The notes under the pieces were generated by a model. The model was not told where the DNA came from, did no database searches, and worked only from the letters and a program-made list of their open reading frames with translations. A program made the position numbers and the translations under genes. From Trypanosoma brucei (lineage: Eukaryota), in assembly GCA_000002445.1 (NCBI GenBank), contig CM000208.1, positions 1,472,001-1,536,000 on the forward strand: DNA of 64,000 nt. Direction: 5' to 3'. Of this stretch, positions 43,671 through 55,640 are shown piece by piece. Within the stretch, counting starts at the first letter, position 1, and every line of letters starts with the position of its first letter.

Positions 43671-46076
43671 GCGTGTGTGTACACGTGTGCATCAAATACG
43701 TAATGAAAGAAACGAAGAAAAGAGCGATTAAGTTAACCCCTCAGTTGCGCAGAGTGACAGGTGATATAATGACATCGACTAAAGCAAATGAACACAAACA
43801 CAAACACCGTCAAGTGGACATCCGCAAGAGAAAATGCGTGACCTCCACTTGTGCGAATGTGTATGGGCAAGTGGATACGAAAAGGATAGAGAAAGAGACG
43901 CATGTAAGTAAATATTGGAATATTTTCGCGTATTTCAGCAAGCAATAGCAGCAAAGCAGGCTTCCTTCATTTGTCTTTTCCTCTTCCCCTAGGTCCATCT
44001 CACGACCTTTCTCTCTCTCTCGTTTGAAGTGAGAAAATTTTATTCAATGTAAAAAATGGGAAAGAGAGGGGAGGAAAACAAATAATAATGGAAGACCGTG
44101 GAAGAGCACATTTTTTTTCTTTTGAAAAAAAAAAGAGAACAGAAGTGGTCACCACAACCAAGCACCACAATATGTACAAAAAGAAAAACACACGCTTGTT
44201 AAGTACACTTTATTTTTGTTTGTTCGTTTTTTTTAACCTTTTAAAGTTTCTTCTGGTTTACGTTTCTCCCTTTCCCTCCACTACCTCTCCTCTCCCTGGG
44301 GAAGTAATTCAATCCATCTTATATTATCTCATTTTTCCTTCCCCCTCCCAGTTGTTTTTCCTTTGATTTATTTGCTAACGTTCATTTCTGTCTGCTCCCT
44401 TTACTTCACTCCCTTTTTTTGTTCTGTTTCCCTTTATCATACCGGGAGTTGACTCCTCAACTTATTTATAACCACGAGGTGACAATCCGAGAAAACAACC
44501 CAAACACACACGTTTCTGTTCGCCGCATTTTCTTTCGCGGCACTCAAAAATCACACGTAACCGAAAAATACACACACACGCATCTGAACCAATAAATTAA
44601 CACAGAAAACAAAGACACACACAAAAACATAAATATATACAAATACATCAAATATTTATATAAGTGTATATATTTCCCTCCATTTCCCTTATTCTCCTTC
44701 TCCCTCAAAAAAAAAAACCTTACTCCACCCCACACCCCTGAGCGTATTCGCTTTCTCCCTTTTGTTTGTCTGGTTATTTTTTTTTTGTTACTGTTGTTTG
44801 TTGTTTCGCCATAATTACACCTCTTTCTTCCTAATTTCCACACCCTATTATATTTTTGTTTTTCATCAACTTAATTTATTACGTCGTGTCTCATTTTCTC
44901 GTCAGGGAGAAGGGAGAGAGGGAAAGAGGAAAGAAATGAAAGGAAAAGCAAAGGATGCCACCACACATCCGTAACAAATGGAAGCAGAGTTGCTCAAAAT
45001 AGAAGAAAAAGAACAAAAGCAGCATTGGAAAGATGTGAGGGTGGGGTAAATTTTTTTCGAAAAAATAATAAAGAAGAAAGTGAATAAAATGAAAGGGTTA
45101 AACAAAAAGATGAGCAAAGGGTACATTCCCATCAGATGGAAATAGTTACAGAATAATGATAAACCACCCCAAAAATAAGGAGGGAGGGGGGAAAAAAACG
45201 AAAAGGGAAGGGAAGGGACGGCAGGGAAAAGAGCTGCTGCTACTGCAGCCCTTTTCCCCCCCCTTTTCTTTTTATTATTAGTCTTCAGACATTTTCTCTT
45301 CCCAATTTGTGCGCATGTGAAGGGGCATTTAAATGGATGTAACAATGATGGCACCGGGTGATGGAGAATCGCTGGCGTCATGTTTCGGGTTTTTTGCCTT
45401 TGTGACTACTTTTGTTGTTATTATGATTGCTTTTAGTTGTTGTCCTTGCTGTCGTGTCTGTATTTCCCCCTTTCATTCTTTTTGGTTCACATTTTCCACT
45501 AAATCTCCCACAATTATATTCTTTCCCTTTCATCCATGATAACACGGAAATTTCAGAGAGGGAAAATAAAACAAAAACAAAAAAGAAAGGATACCCTTAT
45601 CCACTCTTTCCTTCCTCTTTTCTTTATTTCATTCCGTTATTATTTCCCATTCATAGAGATATGCAACATCCCTTTTCCTTTCCCCCATCACTTCTCCTTC
45701 AGTACATCTTCTTAACAACTTCCATATCCCTTGAAATCCCACGTGTTCTCAGAAACAGTCCCTTTTTATATTAAAACAACAATCCTTTCATCGTTTTATC
45801 ATCAATTATTGCTTTCGTCACACATCCTTCACATCCCCCTTGCGCATCCCACCCCTCCCCCAAAATCCTTCCTGCTTCGCATTCACTAACCACAATTATT
45901 ATAACCATAATAACCTTCACTGGGGTTCTCCGCCTCAGCGACGGCACCGAAAGGAGCACACACGTGTGTGTGTGTTTTTTTTTTGTTGGTGTTGTTGTTG
46001 CTATTTCTTCCCCTCCACCTACTCACCCTTTTCTCCTCCCATCTCCCTTCCCTGTGTTTCTTTTGTCCTTTTGGGC

Positions 46077-49000
46077 TCAGTATGGCATCATGTTAGGGTT
46101 TCCCATCCCTCCAGCATATCCCTGACCGGGCACGCCACCGTAGCCCGGTTGCGGGTGGATGTTCACATTATGCATCGGAACTCCCATGGGCTGTGCTGGG
46201 CCTGCCTGAATCATCAGTGGGTCATTACCACCCGCATACCCAGGAACACCACCACGACGAGATCCATCTTTTGATGGCTGCATGCCGTCGTTAGCGCCCT
46301 TTTCCAAGCGTGATACCCGCTGAGTGAAGTCGTGGATGGCCTGAATGAGGTACGGCATGGCAATATTGATACGGTTGTTTAGCCAAGCCTTCTCAAGAAC
46401 CACGTCCGGAGACAAGTAGTCATAGCAGGCGTAAAGGCAGGAAACGAATGAATCTGGTCGTTCAACTGCAAAGAAGTCAAGAAGCTCCTCCACAACCTTT
46501 GGATCGGCGCTTTCGACAGCCGTGTCAATGGCCTCCTGGAAGAGCTTATTCTCCTTGGCCACCGCAAGGGCGTGGTCAAAGGCCTTGTGACGGCGGTGGA
46601 GGAAGAGAGCAATCTTGCGGAACTCAAACAACTCCATCTTCTCCAGCCGTGCGCTCAACTCCACAGAGTCGAAGTTGTTGTAGTTCTCTACAGAGTTACG
46701 TAAGGCCACAAAATTTTCTTCCTCCACGTACAGATCGTTCAGAGCATCGTTGATCAACCGGGAGTTGCGCGGTTGTGCGGATTCGAGGTATGGCAGAATC
46801 AGGTGAATCGGGGCAACATTTTTCACCTCACGGAGCACACGGTCGGGGTCAAGCACCTTGAACATGCTCGTCAGAAAGTCGCACAGGTTTTGAGGGCACG
46901 TATTGACGTAGAACGAAATCGCGTTATATACAAAATCGCTAGCACCCAGATGGCTTGCAACGTCCTTGAACACATCATGATCGAAGGCATCAGCAAAATG
47001 ACACATCATCGTCTTCGCCGCAGCCAACCAGTCCTCGTTGCCGACGTGGAGCACACGCAGGGCCAACCAGTGGTGGTATTCCTCGCAAACGGAGATCAAC
47101 TTGTGTGCGTTAATCTTCTTTGAGTACATGTGCACGTGCTCCAAGAGTTTCTCGGGTTTATACTTGGCAAGCTGTAGTCCCATTTCAGTGAAAATGCCCA
47201 TGTGCGCGCCAGAGTTAGTTGAGGCACTCTTGAGAACAGCGAACAGTTCATCATAAAGACCGTATGCCTCGTACCGGTTCACGACATCTTGCAGAGATTC
47301 CACCTGTAGAACGAGGGGAACCGCGCAAATAGCAGCAAGCCTTACATCGTTGGCCTCAATACAGGCATGGTTAACCGCATCCCATGTGCTGCGGGACTGG
47401 GCCTTCTGCGCAGCGTCCACAGCCTCAGCAAGGTTGTTCATGCGCACAAGCGTAAGGGCCAATTTATGGAAGTTCATGCTCATGGAGTAGAGCAGACGCG
47501 CTGAATCATAGTACCCATCTTCAAAGCACTTGTCAGCCACAGGTTGAATCTGTACATTGTGCGTGTTTTGCAGCAACTCTTCCAATTCTGACAGGCGTCC
47601 AGTTCTGGCGTACGTTAGCAACAAAACCGACTCAATCTTATTGTCGTTCGAAGTGGACTCCTGGCGTGCCATGTTGAGATACTTGACGAGGTCCCCGAAT
47701 TGGTTACTGCGCTCCGCTGCAGCAGTGACAGCATCAACGTAGTTGGGATTCTTCGCGCGAATGAGGACCTCAATGGCTTCACGCACCTCACCGGCGGCGA
47801 GGAGGTATTCTCCCAAAACTGTCCATACAGCAGGTAGGTTGCACCTCTGAGCGTACAACCGACCACGAGGAAGGTCCTTCAAATCGCGGAGTAAAACGGT
47901 GGCAGCCTCCATCCTCATTTCAAACTTGTCATAAACGGTCATCGCTTCCTCGTGCAGCTCTGCTGCGGTAGCGATGCCAGCGATTTCCTTCGCATCGTAG
48001 CTGTCAAGAGTGGTTACATACTCCATAACCTTTGCCTTGGATGCGCGGACAGCGGACATAATAAGGAGATTCTCCAAATAGCGGTTTTTCCTAAAGCGGC
48101 CACGGACGACGATCTGATCTAGTATAGAGGTCAGTTCCTCCGTCAGCTCCGCATCCATAAACGCCTTCACAGTGGTGCTCACCTCCTCCGTTACCTCAGA
48201 CTCGGGAAGTGCAGTTTGTTGAACCGCCTCAACGAGGCGGTCTCGGTTGATCGAGCTTTCCGTGAGCACAGACGCCCAAAGTGCAGGGTCCTGTTGTTTT
48301 ACAAGGTAGCGAGCAAGTTGCTTCCACATGCCATTCTTCGATGTGATCTCAACCAGTTCGGTGCTCATCTTAGCCTTGCGATAAACCAAATAGGACAGGT
48401 TGGGGTCGCGATCCTCGCAGTACTTACCCATGACCACTGGATCGTAGTAGTCGTTCTCCTCAATGAACTTCTCGGGTAAGTTACCACTGATGACCAAGAG
48501 TTTTGCAATAGCATTATGAAGGGCGGTATCCGTCTTTTTTTCCGCAAGTCGGGCTTCCAACCAGGGTCCAATGAGGCGAAGCCGACTGCGCTCTTCAGCG
48601 ACATCGACAAGTTCTGCAATCGGGCACATTGTACCCACTGAGTTTAGGATGTTCTTAATGAAGTCCTCTTGCACGTTACAGTCAATAAGCGCACCGACTA
48701 CCGCGGGTGTTTTCAGCGGGTTGCGGCGCTGCACGTACTGCTCAATAAGAGCTTCATTGTTTGTGTCAATCAGATAACGAATCAGTTCATCAACAAAATT
48801 GTGCTGGTCACAGACGTTGATAAGGGGCCAAAGGTTTGTCATTTTCTTGTTCTTCAGGTAGTTCTTCGTGCGCTCAGGGTCATAACACGGGCTCTCACGT
48901 GTCATGCGCTCGAGTTCCTGCACCTGCCCAACTTCAGCCGCTGCCTCAATATAGCGGAAGTGCACCTCTGGATCACGAGTGTACGGTACCACAGCGCCAA

Positions 49001-51188
49001 GGTAATAATACAGAATATCAAACAGTTTCCGCTCGAGGAACACGTTAATTAGTTTGTCCGCACCGAGCGCTTCATTGTACTTTGTTGCAACCTGCACAAT
49101 GATTTTGAAGTTCTGGTGATGGTTAGCAAGAAGGTCCTCTAGGCACTTCATGCTGTCTCCTGGGCTCAGTTTGCCGAAGAACTCGATAACCCAATCAGGG
49201 CTGAGCACTTGGGCATTAGAAAAGCAACGACGAATGTTAGCAAGGTTGTCAATGCCCGGGTCCATCCTCTGGGCCATTACATAGCACTCAATAGCGCGCT
49301 GCGGAAGGGAAGCGCGTTCACAGAGGGGCGCCAGCAACATGGCATCAAAGTGAACACACACACCGCGAGCAAAGATCTTCTCCGCAACCGACGGATGGGA
49401 ATGCTTCAGGTTAATCTCTAGAAGCTTCGTTTGGAGATCCTTTGTATTCTCTCCAGTGTTATCACGAAGGACTTCCAGAACGAACTCGGTTGCTTGCTGG
49501 ATGTGCTGAGCGGTCACGAACATATCCACAACTTCGATGGGGTCAACGACAGGCGCGTCACCCATGTCACGGTGCAATACTTGCGCGAGGCCCACGGCAC
49601 CTTGCGGGTTGACGTGTATTGCGTTGTTCAAGATGACGCGCCAGTTGGGGGTGAACCCAGCGCGTTTGCAGTACTCAACAGCCTTCTGTGTCTCGTTGCG
49701 TTGAAGGAGGACACCAACAACCTTTGCGTGTGCCTCCGCCTTGTGGTAGATTTTGATGGCAAGCTCTGGGTCCGCCGCTGACATAAGATCACCAAGTTCC
49801 TCGGAGGCGGTTAGTTTGTCAGCAGCATACTGTTGCTTCACGTAGTCGACACCACCCTTCGGTATAACGGCACGGGCAAGTTCTGCTGACTCATGCGCGT
49901 TAAGAGTGGTTTCGGCAACTGCCACCTTAAAGTAGGTGGAGATTGCGGGCTGCTGCCCCGGAATCGGCGGCATAAGTTGGAAGCGAGAAAGAATATCGGG
50001 ACCACGCAAGGCGTTGTTTGGTGCACGTAGGCATGTGCGCACCGCCTCCTCTATGTTCCCAGCACGAAGCTGGTTATCCAGCTGAACCCTGTACAGGTCA
50101 TCCACACCTCCCAGGTTAGCAGAGCCGGCAATGCGAAGGGCCAGATCAGCATTTTGCAATTGGTTTTTCACAAAGGGAACGATCGTATTGTCGTTTGGAG
50201 ACACGTGGAACACGGAGCCCGCGTTGTTCACGCACAGGATACCACCAGTCTTCGTGTAGGGTGTCCCGCAGAAAATGGTATTGTTCGGAAGTTGGTGAGT
50301 CTTAATGACCACTCCAGTGAAGAGGTCCATAAGCACCACGCTACCACGGCTTGTCACAACGGTGAGGAGTTTGTGTCGTGGTGAGACGTGTGTCGCAACG
50401 GGAAAGTCACCCTGAGCAAAGGGGACATCGATCATACGGCGCTGAACTGTGAGATCCGTTTTGGATCCTGTAGGAAGCTCCATGATCAAAATTTTCCCAC
50501 CTGTGGAGGGGTTGTTCCAAGCGAGGCACATCAAATTGCATGAGCGTGGGTCTGTCGGGGTGTTGGTGGAAATGAATGTTCCACTGTGACCGTCAAGCAC
50601 ACGGCCACTATTGTTTTCGACGCTGAAGAGTTGTGTTTTCCCCACCATACCCTCGGCAGTTCGCATAACACCACAAAGCATCAACCACTTCTTCTGCTCA
50701 TCTGTCTGGTAACTAAGAACCTGAAACGAGGCGTCAAACTCAGGGGCCCGCGAGAAGACCAACTGCGGTGGAGCATCGGCAGCTGTGTCCAGACTCCAGT
50801 GATACACTGCGGTATTAGAGACGATACCTACAGTGCGAGCATCAATCCAACACCAATAGACCACGTCCTCGTTGAACACAACCACCTTGAGACGATTAGC
50901 CGCGTCCACGTCGAATATCTGCAAGTTGCGGCCGCTGCGGAGTGCAAGAATCTTTGCCATAGGATTCATGATGGCTGACTCCGCATCACGTATACTGTTG
51001 CGCATGCTCTCCCGCTTCCCGAGATCCACGATAACAAGAGAGGTTTGACCATCAGGTTGCACATCGCGGATGCAAACGTACTTGTCGCTCTGCAGCGTCA
51101 GTGTCTTGAAGGAAATGGTTCCCGGTCTCAACCCACCAGAGACGGAGTTGAGTTGAAAGACCTCCGCAGAGGTTAGTGGATTATCCAT
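46077..51188 (-). CDS. CHC: Clathrin heavy chain.
   Basis: 1703 aa. The N-terminal beta-propeller (FQLNSVSGGLRPGTISFKTLTLQSDKYVCIRD) is followed by the long alpha-solenoid of CHCR repeats. Length and architecture match trypanosomatid CHC. Confidence 0.95.
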   Translation of the reverse strand: MDNPLTSAEVFQLNSVSGGLRPGTISFKTLTLQSDKYVCIRDVQPDGQTSLVIVDLGKRESMRNSIRDAESAIMNPMAKILALRSGRNLQIFDVDAANRLKVVVFNEDVVYWCWIDARTVGIVSNTAVYHWSLDTAADAPPQLVFSRAPEFDASFQVLSYQTDEQKKWLMLCGVMRTAEGMVGKTQLFSVENNSGRVLDGHSGTFISTNTPTDPRSCNLMCLAWNNPSTGGKILIMELPTGSKTDLTVQRRMIDVPFAQGDFPVATHVSPRHKLLTVVTSRGSVVLMDLFTGVVIKTHQLPNNTIFCGTPYTKTGGILCVNNAGSVFHVSPNDNTIVPFVKNQLQNADLALRIAGSANLGGVDDLYRVQLDNQLRAGNIEEAVRTCLRAPNNALRGPDILSRFQLMPPIPGQQPAISTYFKVAVAETTLNAHESAELARAVIPKGGVDYVKQQYAADKLTASEELGDLMSAADPELAIKIYHKAEAHAKVVGVLLQRNETQKAVEYCKRAGFTPNWRVILNNAIHVNPQGAVGLAQVLHRDMGDAPVVDPIEVVDMFVTAQHIQQATEFVLEVLRDNTGENTKDLQTKLLEINLKHSHPSVAEKIFARGVCVHFDAMLLAPLCERASLPQRAIECYVMAQRMDPGIDNLANIRRCFSNAQVLSPDWVIEFFGKLSPGDSMKCLEDLLANHHQNFKIIVQVATKYNEALGADKLINVFLERKLFDILYYYLGAVVPYTRDPEVHFRYIEAAAEVGQVQELERMTRESPCYDPERTKNYLKNKKMTNLWPLINVCDQHNFVDELIRYLIDTNNEALIEQYVQRRNPLKTPAVVGALIDCNVQEDFIKNILNSVGTMCPIAELVDVAEERSRLRLIGPWLEARLAEKKTDTALHNAIAKLLVISGNLPEKFIEENDYYDPVVMGKYCEDRDPNLSYLVYRKAKMSTELVEITSKNGMWKQLARYLVKQQDPALWASVLTESSINRDRLVEAVQQTALPESEVTEEVSTTVKAFMDAELTEELTSILDQIVVRGRFRKNRYLENLLIMSAVRASKAKVMEYVTTLDSYDAKEIAGIATAAELHEEAMTVYDKFEMRMEAATVLLRDLKDLPRGRLYAQRCNLPAVWTVLGEYLLAAGEVREAIEVLIRAKNPNYVDAVTAAAERSNQFGDLVKYLNMARQESTSNDNKIESVLLLTYARTGRLSELEELLQNTHNVQIQPVADKCFEDGYYDSARLLYSMSMNFHKLALTLVRMNNLAEAVDAAQKAQSRSTWDAVNHACIEANDVRLAAICAVPLVLQVESLQDVVNRYEAYGLYDELFAVLKSASTNSGAHMGIFTEMGLQLAKYKPEKLLEHVHMYSKKINAHKLISVCEEYHHWLALRVLHVGNEDWLAAAKTMMCHFADAFDHDVFKDVASHLGASDFVYNAISFYVNTCPQNLCDFLTSMFKVLDPDRVLREVKNVAPIHLILPYLESAQPRNSRLINDALNDLYVEEENFVALRNSVENYNNFDSVELSARLEKMELFEFRKIALFLHRRHKAFDHALAVAKENKLFQEAIDTAVESADPKVVEELLDFFAVERPDSFVSCLYACYDYLSPDVVLEKAWLNNRINIAMPYLIQAIHDFTQRVSRLEKGANDGMQPSKDGSRRGGVPGYAGGNDPLMIQAGPAQPMGVPMHNVNIHPQPGYGGVPGQGYAGGMGNPNMMPY

Positions 51189-52056
51189 CCTCGAGCTTTG
51201 TTAGTGTCTGTTCCTTTTCTTCTCACTCTTTGACGATTTTTTGGGGTTTCCCCTAGTTTGTCCTAATGACTCAGTTTACCCTTTTTTTTTCTCTTTACTC
51301 CCTTTATTTTTTTTTTTTGGTATTGTTGAAGAAAAGTGGTTCACTGACGGTCAAAACACTTCGCAGGTCTTGTTCTTCGCTTATGATACTTGGCTCCTCT
51401 TCTTTCCTTTTTGTTTCCTCTTACTCTTGCTTTTTATTATTTATTTTCTTTTTCCTTCCTCCTTCCCCTACTCTTCTCTTGTCCTCCTTTTTCCTCCTCT
51501 TTTTCCTTGTGTGTGTATGTGTGTTTCCCAAACTTTGCTTCTTCTATTGTCCTAATGTATAGCCACTGCTACTTTCACTTACGTTTCCCCTGAAGCAGTT
51601 TTTTTTTTTTTTGAGGGAGGGTTGCAGCGTGTAGATAAAGCAATCGAACTGACCTTTCTTCCGCGCGCTCGCACGTGTGGCACCGTCGATAATAGTGAAC
51701 AAAAAAAGCGATGGGTTAAAGTATAAATAATGACAAAAACAAAATAAAGAGCAGATATTACAAGCAAACAAAAATACAAATTGACCTTCAATCGTTGACT
51801 CTCACTTCACGTTCCTTCGTTGTATTTTTCCCCCTTCACTCAGAAAAAAAAAGTTTCCTCTCCTTCTTTTCTTTATATCTGGTTCTTCCGAAACAACGAT
51901 AACAATGACGGCAATATGTATTATTATTAAGTTGTCAGTTCGCCGGACGAAGCAGCAAGTGGCGCGGCAAACCATACATGAAGTAGTGGTAGTAGAATGG
52001 GGGGAAAAAGGGAGGCGAGGAAAGCGGAAAGAGAAAAAAGTGAAGAAAAGTGAGAC

Positions 52057-52072
52057 AGTTGAAAAAAAAAAA
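52057..52072 (-). promoter_or_regulatory. Candidate polypyrimidine tract upstream of clathrin heavy chain.
   Basis: A13 on the + strand, which is U13 on the sense strand. It sits in the A-rich 51700-52080 zone approx 0.5-0.9 kb upstream of the CHC ATG, and the intervening sequence is purine-rich on the sense strand. Confidence 0.2.
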
Positions 52073-52375
52073 AGCACAAAATGACACCACAGTAAACCCC
52101 TCGAAGTAACTCAAAGCAGAAAAGAAAGGGTGGACAATGTATGAAACAACATAAGGGAGTCGAGAACTGTTAACCCATCCTCAAATGCCCTCCTTCACTT
52201 ATGTGTATCAAACACAAATTTCAATGTGCCTTCATTAAAAAAATTAAAGAGAATTAGTTAACCGCATCGTAAATTAATCACTTTTTATATGCATCTGCAA
52301 CACATATACAGGTACGTTAAAGTACATACACGGGTACATGTCCCCACACAGACACACACACAGGACACACAGACA

Positions 52376-52422
52376 CACACACACACACATATATATGCAT
52401 ATATATATATATATATATATAA
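52376..52422. repeat. Compound (AC)n / (AT)n microsatellite.
   Basis: acacacacacacacacatatatatgcatatatatatatatatatatat. Confidence 0.9.
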
Positions 52423-55283
52423 GCATAAACAAAATGTGTGTGAATACATGTGCTAGTAAAGCAGCAGCGGATCCCACCACTGTGAGATGTGGCTCCACTT
52501 TCGGTCCCCACTGCTTCCTTCCGGTCCCTCCCGATTGAAAACTCGCCACCCCGCCGCACTCGACTACACGGCTCCCGCACCGCGCCGCACCGCACACACC
52601 GCCACGCCCCCGCTAACTTCTACGGAGTTCGTCAAAACACTCCGACATGCCGACACCTCCTGTAAAAAGTCGTCAAAGACAAAACCGTCCGCCCCTCTTG
52701 GAGGGACACAACAGCCAACCTCCACCGCAACGAAAACGCAATTAAATAAATAAGCATATAAATAATGTCAAGAACAAGGGAAGCCTCCCCTACGAGGCCA
52801 CGCGCCACCAAACACAAGACACAAAACACACAATACAGCCAACCCCACCGCGAGACTGAACGGTAACATGCACTAACTACAGAAATCCCTACACCACTAC
52901 GGTAAACTAAGCAATTCAAAACTGTACTCTAGAGCTTCATCGGCCGAACACACAGCCAAAAAAAAAAAAACGGATTTCCCCCTTTTTTTTTCCAAAACCA
53001 TAAACAAAAACTTGCGTGAATAAATCCAAAAAGGAACGCCACGCGTGTGTTCACCCCCTGCCCAACGTCCATTACATTTTCCTTGAGCAATACATCATGA
53101 GACTCAACATAGGCATAAACATATTGATGTAAATATGTTTACATGCGAATATATTATCCTACTTCTCTTATGCATCTACATTTCAATGAATATCGGTCCC
53201 ACCAACGTCACCTGCCCGAGTTCGACAGAGGAAGCGACTAGCAAACCTTTACACAATGGATGAAAAGAGAAAAACAAACAAAAACAATTATCCGGTAACG
53301 TACCCCATTTTGTCACCTACCCCTTCCCCCGCTATTCCACCAAACAATAATAATGATAATCGTAAATAACAGAATTACACATCAGTTGGTGTGTAACAGC
53401 AACTGTGCGCAATAAAACTACCGCAAATATCCATCCCCTCCCCTTTTCCCATCCCAACGGCCACCGCCCTTCCGTGAGTTATCAGACCGAATCAACGGCA
53501 ACGGCAGCGGGAAAATATGGAAAAGAGAGGGATGAAATGAAACGAACGAGCGAATGGTGTGGAAACCTTGGGGAACAGTCATAATGAGTAACGGAGAAAA
53601 ATTAGAAAAACGAAGTAAACGAAAAGACCGAACGGCTTCTGGGAGGTCAATAACGAAAAAAAAAACAGTTCAAGGAACCCGAGAATGGAAGAGGTAAAGG
53701 AAAAAAGAAAGGGAAAAGAAACAGGACAAAAAAGGAAAGAAAGAGAAAAAAAATGCGCCAACACACAAAGCGGCAGAAGCAAGCACGCGCAAAGATAAGG
53801 CAAGCATGCGGTGCTATGCTCGAACCGTACAAGCACTCGACATATGGACAGTTAAAGAAAATGGGCAGCGTTTTTGCGTTGTTTCGTTTTGTCTCTGCTT
53901 TGTATTGCGAAAAACAACAACAAAAATCTTACATTGCCCTTTTCGCTTTCGAGATTTTCTTTAGTTTGATATGTGCATATCTGAATCTCCTGTTTTCTGT
54001 GTTTTCGTTTCCTACTTTCATTTTTTTATTTGATATAGGTAGTTGGTGAGAACCCACTGGTGTTGCGCTTGCAGATCGTCCAAGTAAGGGTGAAACGAAC
54101 CCGCGCGCAAACACGAGTGGACATGCACAGAAAGAGGGAAGGAAAGAAAGAAGTGCTTGAATATGCAAAAAAGGAAGAAAAGAGCAGGCAAATTGAATAC
54201 CCATCCACATAAGAGGAAGTCTCCTCCACGGGGCATAAACTGCCTTTGCTCATCGATGTGCACACTTTTGAAGTATCGCATTCACCTCTTCAAGTGGTCC
54301 TGTTGCCTTCCAGCAGCGCACACCTCTTCTCATTGCCGTTACACCATTCTTGACTCTCCACTCCTTTGACTTTTCCATCCCTCCTCTCCGCTCTATTCAA
54401 CATAACGCCCTCACCTGTCCCTTTTATCACTCCCCTCCTCCCACCCACATCCAAATGTATTTACCGGCAATTTTCCTCCCACTCCTTCACACTCCATCTT
54501 TCCCCCTTATCCCATCCCCACACTTTTCCTGCTTGTCAATCGCTACGTGACCCGTATATCAAAGTAGGTACGCAAATTCTTCGAGTGGTCACCAGCGAAG
54601 AGAAAAACACGCAAAGACGTAAACTCATGATTGCTCCTCCGCTTCATCCCGTGATGGTACGCTCAGCCACAACCTGTACCGGCAACCACACGCAAACAGG
54701 CAAACGCGGAAAGTAACAAACACAAGAACTTACGCGTGCCATTTATGGGGTGATGAAATATGGAGGGTTGGAGACGTTTCAATATGTCTCCAAAGGAGGA
54801 GAGAAAAAGTAAAAAATAAATAACAAAAGAATGTGCCCAGTAATGGAGACAAAACCCTTAAGGGAACCACGAGCGAAGTGGGTAGACACCTCTCATTTTT
54901 CACGAAAACGATAGAATTACGGGACGCGACGTAGGGGAGTATTTTGATGTCCCCCACTCACCTTACGCCCCCCTCCAACGATCATGATATTGGAGAGCAT
55001 TATAACGTTATTTCCCCCCTTTTAATTTTTTTACTTTTTTTGCTTTTTTTTTGCTCTTTTTTTCCGTTTCGTCTCCTAATGTGGTTTATTTTACTATTTC
55101 CTCCCCCCACTTCCTTCTCTCTTTTCCATCCATTTTACACGTTTAGTGAAGCTCAGACGTTGTAGCACTACAGTAAAATCCTTACCTCCTAACAACTTAC
55201 AAAACTGGAATGCTGTAATGTGTCATCCACCATCTGTTTACACTACGACCACCACCCACAACAAAAACAAAATGAAAAGCACA

Positions 55284-55640
55284 CATTATTGTTTCTTTAT
55301 TACGGATCCCACAGACTCCACAAATATATAAGTACAGTCAAATCGGAGAAGAGTAGTGAGATGGCACCGCTTTATGGCGAAAGTATAGGTAGGCGTCGCG
55401 TGTTCACATTGCGAGGACGGACGGTACATCGGCACCCCTCCTTTACTATCAGTTACCTTATTTCACAGGGCAGGCACGGCTGAGGTGACCGGGTTGGCCA
55501 CAGTTGTAGCATGCGCGTCCACCACCAGCAGCAGCACCGCCAGCAGCAGCGTCAGCAGGGGCATTCGGGCACTCACGGGCAATATGACCCTCCTGTTGAC
55601 AGTGGTAGCACGCACGGCCACCACCCATATTTCCGCCACG
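55284..55640 (-). repeat. Block duplicated between the two UMSBP genes: the C-terminal knuckles plus approx 175 bp of 3' flank.
   Basis: 55284-55515 is essentially identical to 57150-57380 (attattgtttctttattacggatcccacagactccacaaatatataag...). Identity continues into the last approx 60 codons with a small indel. Confidence 0.85.

Noticed and set aside
44902-45381. 159-aa minus ORF in the 2.7-kb spacer between proteasome alpha and CHC.
   Set aside because: It has low-complexity Pro/Phe/Ser composition derived from the CT-rich tract. It is probably UTR.
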